A stretch of DNA of 63,975 nt, filler included, from Asterionella formosa (lineage: Eukaryota), in the NCBI GenBank assembly GCA_002256025.1. It is 7 parts of 7 records of this genome, joined end to end, with 100 filler letters (N's around TTAATTAATTAA, not from the genome) between each part and the next. Parts side by side here need not be neighbours in the genome. Positions count along the whole stretch, not along the records: positions 18,573 to 27,750 come from NKIB01010992.1; positions 27,851 to 37,021 come from NKIB01011013.1; positions 37,122 to 46,292 come from NKIB01011014.1; 4 more parts are not named here. One strand, given 5' to 3'. Position numbers and translations under genes: made by a program. This document shows, piece after piece, positions 25,582 to 38,311 of the stretch. Under the pieces are notes generated by a model, which ran no database searches, was not told the origin of the DNA, and worked only from the letters and a program-made list of their open reading frames with translations. How positions within the stretch are numbered: position 1 is the stretch's first letter; the number at the start of each line of letters is the position of its first letter.

Positions 25582-27702
25582 TTATTTGTGACCAATTCCA
25601 AATTGCAGCATGAAGCATGTTGCGAGGTACGTCATGTAAAGGCCAATTGTAACATAGCCATACTGTTTCGGGATGCGCGCGTTGCAGAAAAAAGTGCCAA
25701 TCACAATTAATGACGTTGTATGCATGATAATGGCGACGAACCCAGTGACAATGCTAGGGTTCAATACAACAGGACGCTCCAACACCCCAGTGTGAGCAGA
25801 AAGCGCGGAGAATCCTAATGAAAGTCCAATCAAAATATTAAAGACTGGACCTGCAAAGCATGCAGTCATGGCCATGTTGGCCAACCCCTTCCGAGCCATT
25901 GTCATGTTGGCAGACAAGTCTGCCATGGAATTTCCCCACGCAAGAATCGTAAGGCCCATGATAGATCCAGGAATCTTGCAAATGATTCCCAAAAAGTCAA
26001 GAAGACTCACAAGGCGGTCGGCAATGTAATCAATCCAAGTCGCTGCCATTATGAAACCAAACAGTGCAATGGGTGTAGCAAATGCCAAACTCATGACACC
26101 ATCACCAATTGGGGCATATCGAAGTACCAAAGCACCACAAATGGTTGAAATGACCAATAGTAGCAGCACCATAGGAAAACCATCGATCCAAAATAAATTG
26201 ACATCATGTTCCGCGATCATGTAGTATCCAAGCCACAATGGCGAACATAGAATTGATACGGCGACAATTGCTCGACAAGAGTAGCCTTCACATGGAATTG
26301 GGATAGACAATTTCCGAGCAGTCGTGAACGGAAATTCAACTACCATAAGAATCACTTCCCAAGTCTTCAAGTCACCATCACAAACAATATCTTCCCAAGA
26401 ATTGATAATATTTTCTTTGAATTCTCGGACTCCATCATGAAACGCTCCTCTCCAGTTGGATGATGTAATGGCCCCAGGATGGCTGACACAAATTCTATCG
26501 AAATCGTCTTCAACCATACTATAGTGTGTTTCTGGTACATCATCCGCAGACAATTCTTGCTGATGCACAGGTTGCGGACTACTTAGCAACCCATTCCGAC
26601 CATGTAAGTGAATAGGCCGATCATGTTCCAAATCACTTGAATCGACCCCCCATCCAACTTCTTCGTTGGGATTGCTGTCATAGTTGGACAATGCAGTCAA
26701 AACAATCGAAATCGCTCCACCTTCGCGTGGGTCGTGTGCTACAGCGTTCATAGCTTGCCCCACAGCCTCTGTGGCTAGTTCTTGTGCCATCTGCTGCCTA
26801 GCGACTTCATTCACTTCTGCAAGTCGTTGCAACCGCGGCAACACTACAGTTCGATGGTAAATATCCGCCACCAAAACAATCACAATAAATACTAGATATA
26901 TTGTGATGAACAAGGAAATGGCACTGGGACCAATTTTTCCAGATAAAAGGTTTCCAAAGACCACTACGACTGCAATGAGCAAGGCCATCACATCTCTCAC
27001 CAATGCGCCTCGACATGGGACGCCCTTGGCCACGATGATGACACAACCAGCCACTACACAGCCAATAAACATGGCTGCTCCCGAGAGCGCCCCCAAGGAT
27101 AGCTGATATCCCTTGTTAGGATCAGATCTTATAGCATTGATAGTAGCACTGACATCGGCAGCTCCATTCCCGAACGCAAGTAGCGATACTCCTGCAAAGC
27201 GTGGGGGAAGGCCCAACTTGAACGAGAACATTTCCAACGAAGGAGATAAGAATTCTTCGGCAGTTGATCCCAACATGCGAAACAAGAGGACCATCCACAA
27301 AAAGAGGAATGGAGAAATAACCCAGCACCATACTGTGGAACTAAAGGTCGTAGAACAGAAGACAAAGGGAGCAAAGACACCTTCGCCTCCGTTACACGAC
27401 TTGGCAAAGCGACATTGGTTGTCTGAGCCAGCGTCTGTTGTGTCGAATATGGAATTGCAAGAGTAACTTGAGTAATCAGCATTTTCGCTAAGCGCATCCA
27501 GCATCCGTGTGTGATCGTGCAGCTCTTGATCCTCGCGAAACAAGACACTCATCAGAGTCAACACTAGGAGAAAGCTTCCAGTGCAAATCAGAGAAACCTT
27601 GTCGTGGAACCTGCGGGCTTCTTTGCGTTCCTCCTTCCGACCGAAGTCACTATTCTTCGCTAACTCCATGCTCGTGAGTATCTTCAATCCTCTACTTTGC
27701 AT
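25582..27702 (-). CDS. Cation/Ca2+ exchanger (NCLX/CCX, CaCA superfamily)
   Basis: Alpha-1 repeat AGVSLLAFGNGAADV and alpha-2 repeat GLTILAWGNSMADL; MTACFAGPVFN; multiple TM helices; 706 aa. Confidence 0.93.
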   Translation of the reverse strand: MQSRGLKILTSMELAKNSDFGRKEERKEARRFHDKVSLICTGSFLLVLTLMSVLFREDQELHDHTRMLDALSENADYSSYSCNSIFDTTDAGSDNQCRFAKSCNGGEGVFAPFVFCSTTFSSTVWCWVISPFLFLWMVLLFRMLGSTAEEFLSPSLEMFSFKLGLPPRFAGVSLLAFGNGAADVSATINAIRSDPNKGYQLSLGALSGAAMFIGCVVAGCVIIVAKGVPCRGALVRDVMALLIAVVVVFGNLLSGKIGPSAISLFITIYLVFIVIVLVADIYHRTVVLPRLQRLAEVNEVARQQMAQELATEAVGQAMNAVAHDPREGGAISIVLTALSNYDSNPNEEVGWGVDSSDLEHDRPIHLHGRNGLLSSPQPVHQQELSADDVPETHYSMVEDDFDRICVSHPGAITSSNWRGAFHDGVREFKENIINSWEDIVCDGDLKTWEVILMVVEFPFTTARKLSIPIPCEGYSCRAIVAVSILCSPLWLGYYMIAEHDVNLFWIDGFPMVLLLLVISTICGALVLRYAPIGDGVMSLAFATPIALFGFIMAATWIDYIADRLVSLLDFLGIICKIPGSIMGLTILAWGNSMADLSANMTMARKGLANMAMTACFAGPVFNILIGLSLGFSALSAHTGVLERPVVLNPSIVTGFVAIIMHTTSLIVIGTFFCNARIPKQYGYVTIGLYMTYLATCFMLQFGIGHK

Positions 27703-28249
27703 CCTCGTTCGTTGTATGCCTCGACCCTTTATGATAGATAAACAACAAATNNNNNNNNNNNNNNNNNNNNNNNNNNNNNNNNNNNNNNNNNNNNTTAATT
27801 AATTAANNNNNNNNNNNNNNNNNNNNNNNNNNNNNNNNNNNNNNNNNNNNAGAGGGTAAACCTGTAACCCCTGGTGAGCTACTTAGATGGATTGATAAAA
27901 TGGTGCAATTAACATGATGGGGGGAAAGGGTGCACAAATCATGAATATCAAGAACAGATAACATAGCTATACAGTGGTTTTCTATAGCCACTATAACTTT
28001 TTACATGCTGTTGAATGTCCGCGACGCAAAGAGGCCTCCCAAATAAGTTTGGAGGTGATATGGGCAACAAAATGGTGGCTAAATAGAGTGTCAGCATTGC
28101 TCCTTTCATACACGGCAGAAGATGCCATGCTTGCAAATAAACACTTCTCTAAGGAGGGAGGTTGATGGCATGCTCGGTTTTCGCAAGTTCTTTGCGGAGG
28201 TATTGGTATATAATTCTTATTACAAGGAAAAAGAAGATAAATTGCGAAG

Positions 28250-29104
28250 ATGGTTCATGCCTTTCTCAAGTTTCATAAAGAAATAGATGTTCATCCTCAT
28301 ATCACTGCCCGTGCACACATTGATAATAAGGGAGTTATACTTAACCTGCCTTCTTCCAGACTGGGACCTTCTACACACTGCCCAGAAGGTTCTAGCCACC
28401 CTTCCGGTCTCACTCCAGGTAGTCCATGTTGAAAGTCATCAGGACTCCGGCCCAGTACCTTACCTTAAACTTCCGCTCCCAGACAAATTGAATATCCAGG
28501 CAGATGCACTAACTCACACTGCCTTCACTCACTGCTCTCCCCCTACCACTCCTCCTCAGTCCCCTGAGATATCAGCCACTCTCACTCTCAATCTTCTTCA
28601 AGTCACTTCTAACCTGCAGGAAATCACTCTCTTCCATTATTACACCCCACTACAGCTAAAGTACTTTCAAACCACCCATTGGTGGACTCCTGAGATATTT
28701 TCAACCGTCGATTGGCTTTCCTACTCTCGGGATCTACACAAGCTATCTTATGGCAGGAAACTTGCTATGTTTAAACTCGCGAATGGCCAGTGGCCCATTT
28801 ACAAAAAACTATTCCGCTGCAAACAACAACCTACACACCTGTGCCCAAGAAGATGCACCACCATCTCAGAAATGCATGATCATGTTCTTTCCTGTCCAAG
28901 CCTCCGCAATTACTCCACGCAGGTGTGGCAGGACAGAAACTACTTTGTCCATGTGGCTACAGTTCAAGCCAACAAATTCAAAACGATCCGTGCTCCTATA
29001 GCTGCTATCACTGGATTACGATGTATCAGCCAGCCCAGGCTTGTCTGCGCGGTCTCATTAAACGCAACAAAAGACGCCAGCAGGGCACCACCATCACCCA
29101 GTTT
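28250..29104 (+). mobile_element. Non-LTR retrotransposon remnant (RNase H and C-terminal Zn finger, Ambal-like), interrupted by the copia element and continuing at ~35402-35500
   Basis: HIDNKGVI / PDWDLL...VHVESHQD...LNIQADAL RNase H motifs; VDW; CPRRC...HDHVLSCP finger. The frame resumes across the copia TSD (SFY-YNALNLVAHQ). Confidence 0.7.
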
Positions 29105-29108
29105 CTAT

Positions 29109-29343
29109 TAAATCATAATCGCTGTGTGAAGTCCGACATAAAGACTTACTTAGGTAAAGATGTATTAAACGGATTAATTGTAAAAAGAGTGAGCAAGATC
29201 GAGCACTCCCTTCTTGCTTTCGCTATCGCTAACTAACAGACACTTCCACTCTATCGCCAATGTCTGTATGATATAACGACTAGTCACTGCTGTGCCGTAC
29301 TGCTACATATTGCTATGTACTTCGCGCCAACCTTAATTGTTCA
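29109..29343 (-). repeat. 3' LTR (235 bp)
   Basis: Direct repeat of 35198-35396 with a ~36-bp insertion; begins TGAACAATT on the minus strand after the PPT. Confidence 0.93.
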
Positions 29344-32300
29344 GTCCCCTCGAGTAATATGGAGGTGACCAAGATGTTGCTTGTCACAAATCTATGACCT
29401 GGTTTTCAAAGCCACATGTCTTGCAGGTCCAGGAGGTAACGAAGCATCTTATGATGCTTGATGAACCTAGGCAGTGTTCAATATCAATACATGAATCAGT
29501 CACATAAAAATCTTTGGTTGCTTGTGCCAGTGGCTTAGTCAGCACATCAGCCAAGTTTGTCTTTCCATCCTCTTTTGTCACTCTGATTGTGCCTGCTGCT
29601 ACTGCCTCTCTTGAACAATGATAAGCAATTGAATTGTGTTTCTTCTTAAGCGTATATTCCGGGAAGATATTATTCTTGGTAACTGCTTCGTTGTCACAAA
29701 AGACGTTGGTTGGCCCTTCTATTGGTATTCCAAACATTCTCAGTTTGTAGCGCAGAGCCTCCACTAACTCCACAGAGATCCTCATGGCAACAAACTCGCT
29801 TCCAAATGTCGATGTCTCAACCGTATTTTGGCGTTTGCTGTACCACACTACTGGTGCCCTGTTAACAAAGAGTAGGATACCGGTTTTTGAGCGTCTTGTT
29901 ATACAAGTGCCTGCATGATCAGCATCAACAAAACAATGTGTTGACACCACATTTCCACAGGCTTCTGGCATGTCCTTTGGAATTGGCTCTTTTGCCCCTC
30001 GATAAAAATCATGCCAATCACACTTCACAAATCTCGATTCATCAATATCAGGGTGATGGGGATCAAATGCCAACGTTTGCTTAGGTCTTGCTTTCAAGAA
30101 TCCGAAGATATGATAAACCTGTTGAAGATGTCCTTCTTGACTTAACGCGAGGTGAGAAGACAGCATTGACACTTCCATTGCAATATCAATCCTACCGAGT
30201 TCTATCGCCCACCGCAAGACTCCAATCATCTCTTGATAATAGCGGATGCCTTCTAATTTTAGCTCCGCTGCTGTGTCCAGCTCCGGTCGATAATTGGCTT
30301 GAATCGGTGTGGTGCATCTGGATGGTAATCTCTGACCGATTGACTTCAATGCTGCTTCGACATTTGCTATGGATGCTTTAACGTATTGCTCCGATGACAT
30401 TGTCCAGCATTCCATTCCATTAATGATCTTTTGTGTGAGCTCTGCCCCAGCCAAGATAATTTTCTGGTTTTTCAATCTTGTTGTCTTTCAATTTAAATGT
30501 TGCTTGGATACCCTTCATAGTTGCATGTGGATCATGGGATATACATAAGATATCGTCAACATAAATAAGCATCATTTCATAGTACTCAAACCCATTGGGT
30601 TTGGTTGCTGGTCGAATCCATACATCTGGATCCGCTTTTGTTGGCATATAGCTCAAATCATACAGGGCCTCAGCCAAATGTGCTTGGAAGGCCGCACCAC
30701 TAGACTTTAATCCATACAATGCTTTTCGAATGACCATCACACCTCCAGCTTCTGATCCGAATTCTGGTCCTGGTGAAATAGTGTAAATTCTCTCACGGCA
30801 GTCAGCAGTCAAGTATGCATTTTGGATGTCACATGCCAGTAATTCAAGGTCATTGATAGATGCAATTAAGAGGGAGATCCTCACTGAATCCCTCGAAACC
30901 ACTGAGGAGTATGTCAGTGCTGCTGGGGCTTCTGTTTCATTCCCATTGGCAACTAATCTTGCCTTTCGTCTGAAATTCTCGCCCATCTGAATGTCAAATG
31001 TAAAATGACACTTGATTCTCTGGTACCCTGGAGGCAGTTCCTTTTCATCCTGTTCCCACATCTCAAATGCTGGCCTCACGTTTTTCATCTCTGTGCAAAT
31101 TGCATCCCACCAGAGACTATTGCCATTCTGTTTTTCAATTGCAATCGCTTGTTCCACTGATTTTGGAATACGAATTCCAAACTTATGCGTTCCCTGCCAG
31201 TACTTAGATTTAATTTTGGATAGGATCCTATTGCGCTTCCTTAATAAATTTCCAACCCACCAAGCAAAAGCTGGTTCCTCATCTATTTGGTTGGCAGTTG
31301 CGTACTCTGCAACTAGGACTTCAGAGCAACCCAATTGGTGCTACCGTCTTTCCACTGACACAACATGTACCATCCTTGTGTTGTCTTGCGCCTCCTTTTA
31401 ACGCCATTCTTCATCATTATAAAGGCGTCGTCTTTGTCAATAGCGCTATTACTTCGCCGATGGTCAATGATATCTTTCAGGAGAATATGCCTATTCCCTT
31501 CTTCATCAATCAATCGGTCGTCCTTCTGCATCACGGCGCCGCTTTGTAACTTTACAAAATTGCGCATCGCAATTGTCATTCACTCCCCTTGTCAATAGTA
31601 CTTCCATATTGAGGTATGTATCATGAAAGGTGTCAGGAGTAAAGGTTTCATCCACTTCTGAGATACTTGAATCGGATATGACTCCATTGAAGTGTGCTGC
31701 AAATTCTGTATGGTTCTCTTCGGTGTAGTCATCCCAATCCTGTAACTGACGCTCATCTTGCTGCTCTCTCATGGTGTGATTATCATCTTTCATGATGTCA
31801 GCAAGTTGCTTGTCATACTCCATACATCGCTGTTTTACCTCATGTGTCCCTAACTCCAGGTTTGTGACATGCTGCACTGTGGTTCTTGAAATAACTCTTC
31901 CATTTGATGTCAGTATCCAGTATGACATTAGGTTGCCAATGTGGTGTGATACGCCCAGCCAATGTCCAAACATATTGTCACCAACCCCTGCATTATCGCG
32001 ATACTGAACCCAATCATAGAAACTAAAATCGAGATACTCTGAAATGTTGGGAGTCTCGCCTGTTACCTGTTCAAGAGGTGTGCGACCTTCAAGTTGAAAT
32101 GATGAGTTTGCTGTTAATGACATCGTCTCACACACCCATACTGTACCATAGTCCCACGGACGTTTTGGTACTCTCCGCTTTGTCATTTGTCGGAACCATT
32201 TTCGTTTTACTTCTCTAATTACCGCTTCAGCTCTGTTCTGTTGTGGGTGATGTGGTTCGCTGACATGGTGTTCAATGCCATACTATTTCCTTACAATCTG

Positions 32301-35197
32301 TATAAATTCAGCTTTAGGCTCAGTTTGTTCGCTTGCGCCATCAGATGTCAGCTGTTCAGGAACTCCGTAATTGCGTACAAATTGTCGCAAAGCCTGTCCA
32401 GCCATCGACTTTTGGTCCATTGGATATGCCTTCACAAAGTATGACTTGTTTGCAAATATCTGTGCACAGGTGTTACTGGAAATAGATTTACATCGTCCAA
32501 ATAAAGTATCTGTGTAGAACTTCTGATTCCTTAGTTTCTTCTGAATGAGCATCCTGTCAGTCCTTTACCTTCAGCTTAGGGGCTTACCCTTCAGCTTAGG
32601 GGCAATATCACTGATCGCACGCCTCGCTGGGTTGTTATCCTTAAGGTTTGTTGGGCCTGCTTCATACCAATGTTCCATCTCTCACCTAGCTGATCACTAG
32701 TTATTGATGTGTGTCTTTTGTTCGATATGAACGTTTTCCTTTCTTGAACGGCAACTGCCTCACTATTTCGCTGGCTCATTAGTGATTTAGTCATTTTTCG
32801 TGCAAGCAATAAATTGACGATATTTGCAGTAGTCCTGGTTCAGTATCACTGTAATCACATTCTGCCTTCATGCGTTGTGTAGATGCTTATTGCACAGTGT
32901 GTGGGTTCCACTCGGTGTCAAGTGTAAGATGTACAAGAGGACACTTATCAAGTTCAGTTTCAGAGGGAGTGGACGATTCAAGGAAGATCTTAGTTCCGCT
33001 GGTGATTAAGTGGATTGTCACATGGTTAGTTATAATGGAAACGGGTGGGTCTCTCTCAAATGGGTTGTCCTGAACTGTGATACCGGCATATCGCAACTGA
33101 TTTGGGTTGATCAATGAGTGTGTGAGTTTGTCACCAAAGCATAGACCTTCATGAATGACCAGAATATAAACTTGGCCATCTTGCTGATCCGTCGTGTAAG
33201 ATGTTGCTGCAGGTACAATTGGTATGTCACGTTCAGGGTTATACACTTCGGAATTGTATGGGGCCACATCACATACCCAACCAGTGTAGTGGAGCAGTAC
33301 GAAATTTGATCCAAGTGCGCATGTGTCCGCATGGGAATCAAGTTCACAACGAGCTGTCTGGATATAAATGCGATGAAGAGACAAGATAGTTCGATGAATA
33401 GTAGGTGCAGCCCGTCTCATTGTTGATTGATATGCTGCCAACGCAAAAGACATAGCCGCAAGTCATTCTGTTTTACTTCGTTTTGCGCTTTCCTTCCCTC
33501 CAAATGCATTTCCTGCTTGACTAGCATTTGACTTCTTTGGTGTATCCTCTGCACCATTGTCTGCATTTGCCTTCTGAATTGAACTAATGATTGCCGTTGT
33601 TAGCTGCTTTGTAGTCAATTCAGATATGGTTTGCTTGCTTCCACATTGTTCTCCCTTCTTGTCGCTTTCTTTGCGAATCTTGTCACGCTCATCAAAAGAT
33701 AGCTTCTCCCATTCCGCTGTAGACTAATATCCAGTACTGGTTTTCTCTTGACTACTGCGTCCGCCTCGCCTGTGTCGTCCTTGTCCATTTCCTCTTCCTC
33801 CTCGTCCACTGTTTCGCCCGCCATGACCACCAGTAGTATCTGCACTAATTTTTCAAGACAATTGATAATCCGGGGTCTAAGCAATCTCGGAGTTTAAATG
33901 GTTAGCAGCAACAGTAAAAGTGATCCCATCTGTATTCAACTGATACCTTAGTTGTGCCACTGCTGCCGCTAATGCAGAGTTCTGCACTTTGGTAAGAAGC
34001 TCATCGACTTTGGCTCTCTCAGTTAATGGTTCATTTTCTTCCTCAAAAATGGTAAACATCCGCTGTAACGAATCTAGGAACTTGTTGAATGGTATGGCTT
34101 GTTCAGTTTTGTAGTGCAAGGCATTTTGGATCCGCTTCGCATCAGCTATTCTCCTAGTGGAGTTTCCTTCACCAGCATAGTGACAACGCAAAGCAATCAT
34201 GTCACGCCTGCCATCTTGGTACTTGGCAATGTTGCGTATCCAGTTCTAAGTGTTTTCTCCTTGCAAGAACCCAATAATAAGATTGTGCACTCGCCTTGTA
34301 TCGGCTATGTAATCATGCCCATTAAGCAATGCTCGATTTATCATCCTTTCGTTGAATGTAGCATACTCTGTTCCTGGGGTGGGGTTCTCTAGCTCTTGCA
34401 CAACATATGACAATGGAATGCCATTTACCCCAGGGATGACCGATAGGAAGTTAATGAACGCCTTATCCCATTCAGGCCATTTATGTTTATCCTTGAATTT
34501 TCCTGGATCAGCTGCCTTTGAGTTGGTGGTAACCAATTCAATGTCGGATTAACGAATTTGAGCCAAACTGAGGGCTGCATACATCGTTTCTTCATCAAAA
34601 TTTTCATGGTTTGGAATGTCGCTTGCTCTATGACAGTCCTGAATCCAATGCATAACACCAGTCAGCTTCTTAGTGCGTCCTAGTCCAAAGACAATCCGTC
34701 CATTTGCCTGGGTACACTTGCCAAACTCATCTGCCATATCACGGATATCCTTCTCCACAAGGAAACGGAAATCTTCGAATCAGCCCAACCCTGCCTGCAT
34801 TCAAATCCAACCACCTGAAGTACTTTGTCAACGCCTATCAACATCATTGGTGAACCTTCATTCACAATCGGAGCAACTGCCACTTCGGCCATCTTGTTGT
34901 TCTGTTCTGTACATGAATAAAATGTTAGTACATGAGGGGCTTCATGTTTCGCTAATGCCTGATGAGATGATCAGTCTCACTTTGGCCGCTCGCTGCGCTA
35001 ATAGGGATTGAGAAGGATTACCTTCCTCTATGCGGTTGTCATGCTGTGCTTCCAGAGCCCGCATCCAGCCGTCGCTGGTGTATCTGGAAATATCGACACT
35101 TTGACAAGATCGCATTCACTATTCGATTCCTTTTTTCGCTTGCTTTATCCTCTTTCCGCTAGCATCGCTCTCGCTTTTTACAATGGGTCTTATAAAC

Positions 35198-35396
35198 TAA
35201 ATCATAATCGCTGTGTGAAGTCCGACATAGTGACTTACTTAGGTAAAGATGTATTAAAAGGTTTAATTGTTTTCGCTATCGCTAACTAACAGACACTTCC
35301 ACTCTATTGCCAATGTCTGCGTGATATAACGACTAGTCACTGCTGTACCGTACTGCTACGTATCGCAACGTACTTCGCGCCAACCTTAATTGCTCA
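35198..35396 (-). repeat. 5' LTR (199 bp)
   Basis: Direct repeat of 29109-29343; followed on the minus strand by the PBS-position sequence GTTTATAAGACCCA. Confidence 0.93.
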
Positions 35397-36021
35397 CTAT
35401 TACAACGCACTCAACCTCGTTGCCCACCAGAAACTATCTGATCCTGATCTGCGTCTGAGGGGCGTATCGCGCCCTAGTGCGACCCTCCAATCTCCACTTT
35501 AGTCGTGCTTTTAATGCGTACTTAAAATTTTATTATTCCATAAATTGCGAAGATGGTCATCAAGATTGACCCAAAATGCTGAGCACAGAGTTTTTGGGCT
35601 ACCCAAAGGCACACAAAATTTCTGGACAAAGGTTGTGGATACTGACAGCTCCCTCCTCCAAAGTACATATGTAGCCTGGAAAATGATGACTTGGACATGT
35701 TGTGTATGCTCCATGGGCGTGCTTTGATGGGTTGATTGGTGTTGTTTACATCATTTCATCGAAGCAGTATTGAGTCCTTCCAGTCCAGACTGATCTGTGT
35801 CTACAGAATTTTTCATGCTGTGACTGGCACATGACGAAATGTTTGAAGTTCAAATTCCAATTTTTTGTCTTCAACATGTATAGCTTTTTTATTCAGGAGA
35901 GAAAGACGAACTAACCAACAATGTATATAAAATAATATAAAAGTAACAATAAGGTTTTCAAATTGAGTCTCAAAGAGAGATTGAAATCATCATAATGAGT
36001 AGGAAAGAATCTGCTATGTTA

Positions 36022-37021
36022 GAGCATCTCCACCGCATCGACCAAAGACCAAAGACGATTGCAGTTGAAAATATCAAAACAAGTCACTTATTCTTGGTCA
36101 AGAAATCAATAGCTGAAATTTTCATATGTTTCCTGTCTGCATCGACCAAATCCTAAATTTTTCATATCTCACGCCCAAATTATCAGTGAATAGAAATAGA
36201 CTCACAGTAGAGTGTAGTTACGTGTGCATGTATCATTGTTTGTATGATGGGTACCATACATACCGGTAGTTTATGAATATAAAATGAAAAAATGAACGAT
36301 GATATCGATGACTCATCATCAGATAATGATCACGTCTACAATTGCCCTAAGATGCTTTATCAAGAAATAAGTGAGAATGTAAAACTAAGTCTATGGAAGA
36401 TCCAAGGTTGGCAAGTCTACTAATGTTATTAAACTATTTTCTATCTCAAGTTTAAAATGGAAACATTGAAATGATACTAGCAATGTAATTGTGTGTAATC
36501 CAATTATTTTACAAGTTTTTTCTAAAATCGATTCCACCCATCGCTATAAAGTCTCTGAAGAGTGCCTCATTGAATTCTGCAAAGAAACGATTCAGAGAAT
36601 TACTACATTAAAGTTCAGTTAACAGAAATCCAACATTGGTATTTTCACAACATGTTGACAAGCTGCCTTGTTGGAAGAAACTTTGTGGTGATCCTAACAA
36701 TGCTGTACCTGTTTCATTGCCTAATATAGTTGTAGTGCCACTCAAGATTCAGCTCAAAAGTAGTCTGCTACGAATGATTCCAGACAAAGTTGTTGGGCAC
36801 TGCATCTCGTAATATTCAAGAGCACGATACTGCTGTCATTGCAGCTGCTGCATTGATGTCTTTTAGCATGGGCCGGCAATCTTGAGACTGTCTACATGTT
36901 GGGTATGATCAAAAGTTATTGCCATCAGGATGTTGAATGAGCCCTTTTTCTCAATCTAGCAGCCAAACATGTATATGCTTGTTCAAGCTCAGCAAAAATT
37001 TGGCAAATAATAGTATATTCT
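36022..37021. mobile_element. Possible left end of a PIF/Harbinger element (right end lost at the linker)
   Basis: TTA followed by GAGCATCTCCA, resembling Harbinger/Tourist TIRs and their TWA TSD. Repeated GCATCGACCAAA subterminal motif (~36035, ~36139). Interior is degraded. Confidence 0.4.
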
Positions 37022-37121
37022 NNNNNNNNNNNNNNNNNNNNNNNNNNNNNNNNNNNNNNNNNNNNTTAATTAATTAANNNNNNNNNNNNNNNNNNNNNNN
37101 NNNNNNNNNNNNNNNNNNNNN

Positions 37122-37190
37122 AAAATTATGATCAGATGATCATAATCCCATGATGCATCATGGAAATATGATGGTTTTTATTTGCAGACG
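37122..37190. mobile_element. Right terminus of the TGCAGACG transposon family
   Basis: Near-identical to ~62434-62502 and similar to ~494-566; ends TTTGCAGACG and abuts copia gag. Confidence 0.85.
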
Positions 37191-37995
37191 TAGACACTAA
37201 CTTGTCCCATGCTTCTTTCGTATTTCCATTGGGGAACTCTGCACTTCTGGCTCCATTTATGTATCCAAGCAAATATTCCACTCTGACATTCAATAATCAA
37301 ACATGCATAGACAACTGTATTATTTCATCTTGCACCCTTCTCATCATTGTTGCTCAGGGCAATCTTCACCCCAGCTGAGTCCTTCTCACCTGCTGGTGAT
37401 ACTTCAACTCCACTTAGGATTCCTTCAAAGCCTTTGTAGCAGGCATAGGCTAAAAACTTCGCTTTATAAACATGCCACTTGCCATCGGTACCATTGAACA
37501 TTGGCAAACGCACTCCTGATGGTTTGTCTTCAATTCCCATCTTGAGTAGTAGCCTTTGGATCCTTTGCTTTAAAGCATGGTAAAAAGGTGGTCCGTACTC
37601 CTTCCTGCCTGCTGGCAGGGTCTCTTCACATAATAGAATCTTATGTGAAAGTAGTAATACCTTGCTAGTACCACTTACTTTTCTCTCTGCTCTGCTTCTA
37701 GCCTTCCTGCTTGATAAACTAATTGACCTTCCTGTCAATTAACACAGCACTGTTCATCGCTCCTCAAGAATTAATAATCTAAAATTATGAGCTCAACTAA
37801 ATGTTTCCTTTCCATGCATCTTTGCCTCCCACGAAGTCATTCTAAGAATCTCTTCGAATTCCCACTTAACATGTCCATAGAAATCTTCAATGTTTGATCT
37901 TGTTCGATTGCTGATTGATGAGGCAATGCAAGACTTGACTCGTTGGATTACAATCGAGTCCACAATCCTCGTGACTTGAGCAAATATTCTTGACA
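37191..37995 (-). mobile_element. 5' end of a Ty1/copia element (LTR 37578-37995, gag start at 37540), related to the 7414-8827 family
   Basis: LTR TGTCAAGAAT...TTTTACCA shares blocks with 7414-7795 (CGTACTCCTTCC, CTAGCCTTC.TGCT, GACTC.TTGGA.TA.A.TCGAGTC.ACA). Gag N-terminus LPMFNGTDGKWHVYKAKFLAYA...KEAWDKL. Confidence 0.85.
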
Positions 37996-38311
37996 ATGTC
38001 AATGCAGCAGTTAGGCCTACCATTATCAGGTACCAGGTACCAGGTACCTGGTTAACTTCGCTTCGCCGGAATATGGCGATGTACCGGCATTTTCATGTAC
38101 AGGCATGTCTGTACGCACGGAAGTGGATCATCAGCCATATCCAAAATCCAGCTCCTTCAAAGAATGATGTGCCTTGTGGAGCCGATATAATGTCGATGAT
38201 GTTGTAACAATAGAGTGTATACCGGTATGTAACAAAGGATTAGGGAGTAATAAAATCTGCCTGTCCGCACTGCTACAAAACGCATCGAAGGAGCACACGA
38301 GGCTCACAATA

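Larger units (their letters stand above)
29109..35396 (-). mobile_element. Full-length but degenerate Ty1/copia (CoDi-like) LTR retrotransposon, ~6.3 kb
   Basis: LTRs 29109-29343 and 35198-35396; TSD CTAT(T) on both sides; PPT GAGGGGAC. Gag (~34760-33480), protease (CELDSHADTCALG), integrase (FYTDTLF, TSDGASE), RT (YSSVVSRDSVR, CDIQNAYL, YVDD), RNase H (FVDADHAG, FCDNEAV, NLADVLTK). Many frameshifts and stops. Confidence 0.96.

Noticed and set aside
32566..32603. Tandem CCTTCAGCTTAGGGGC duplication as a programmed frameshift signal
   Set aside because: It lies in a copy with many other disruptions; better explained as local slippage.
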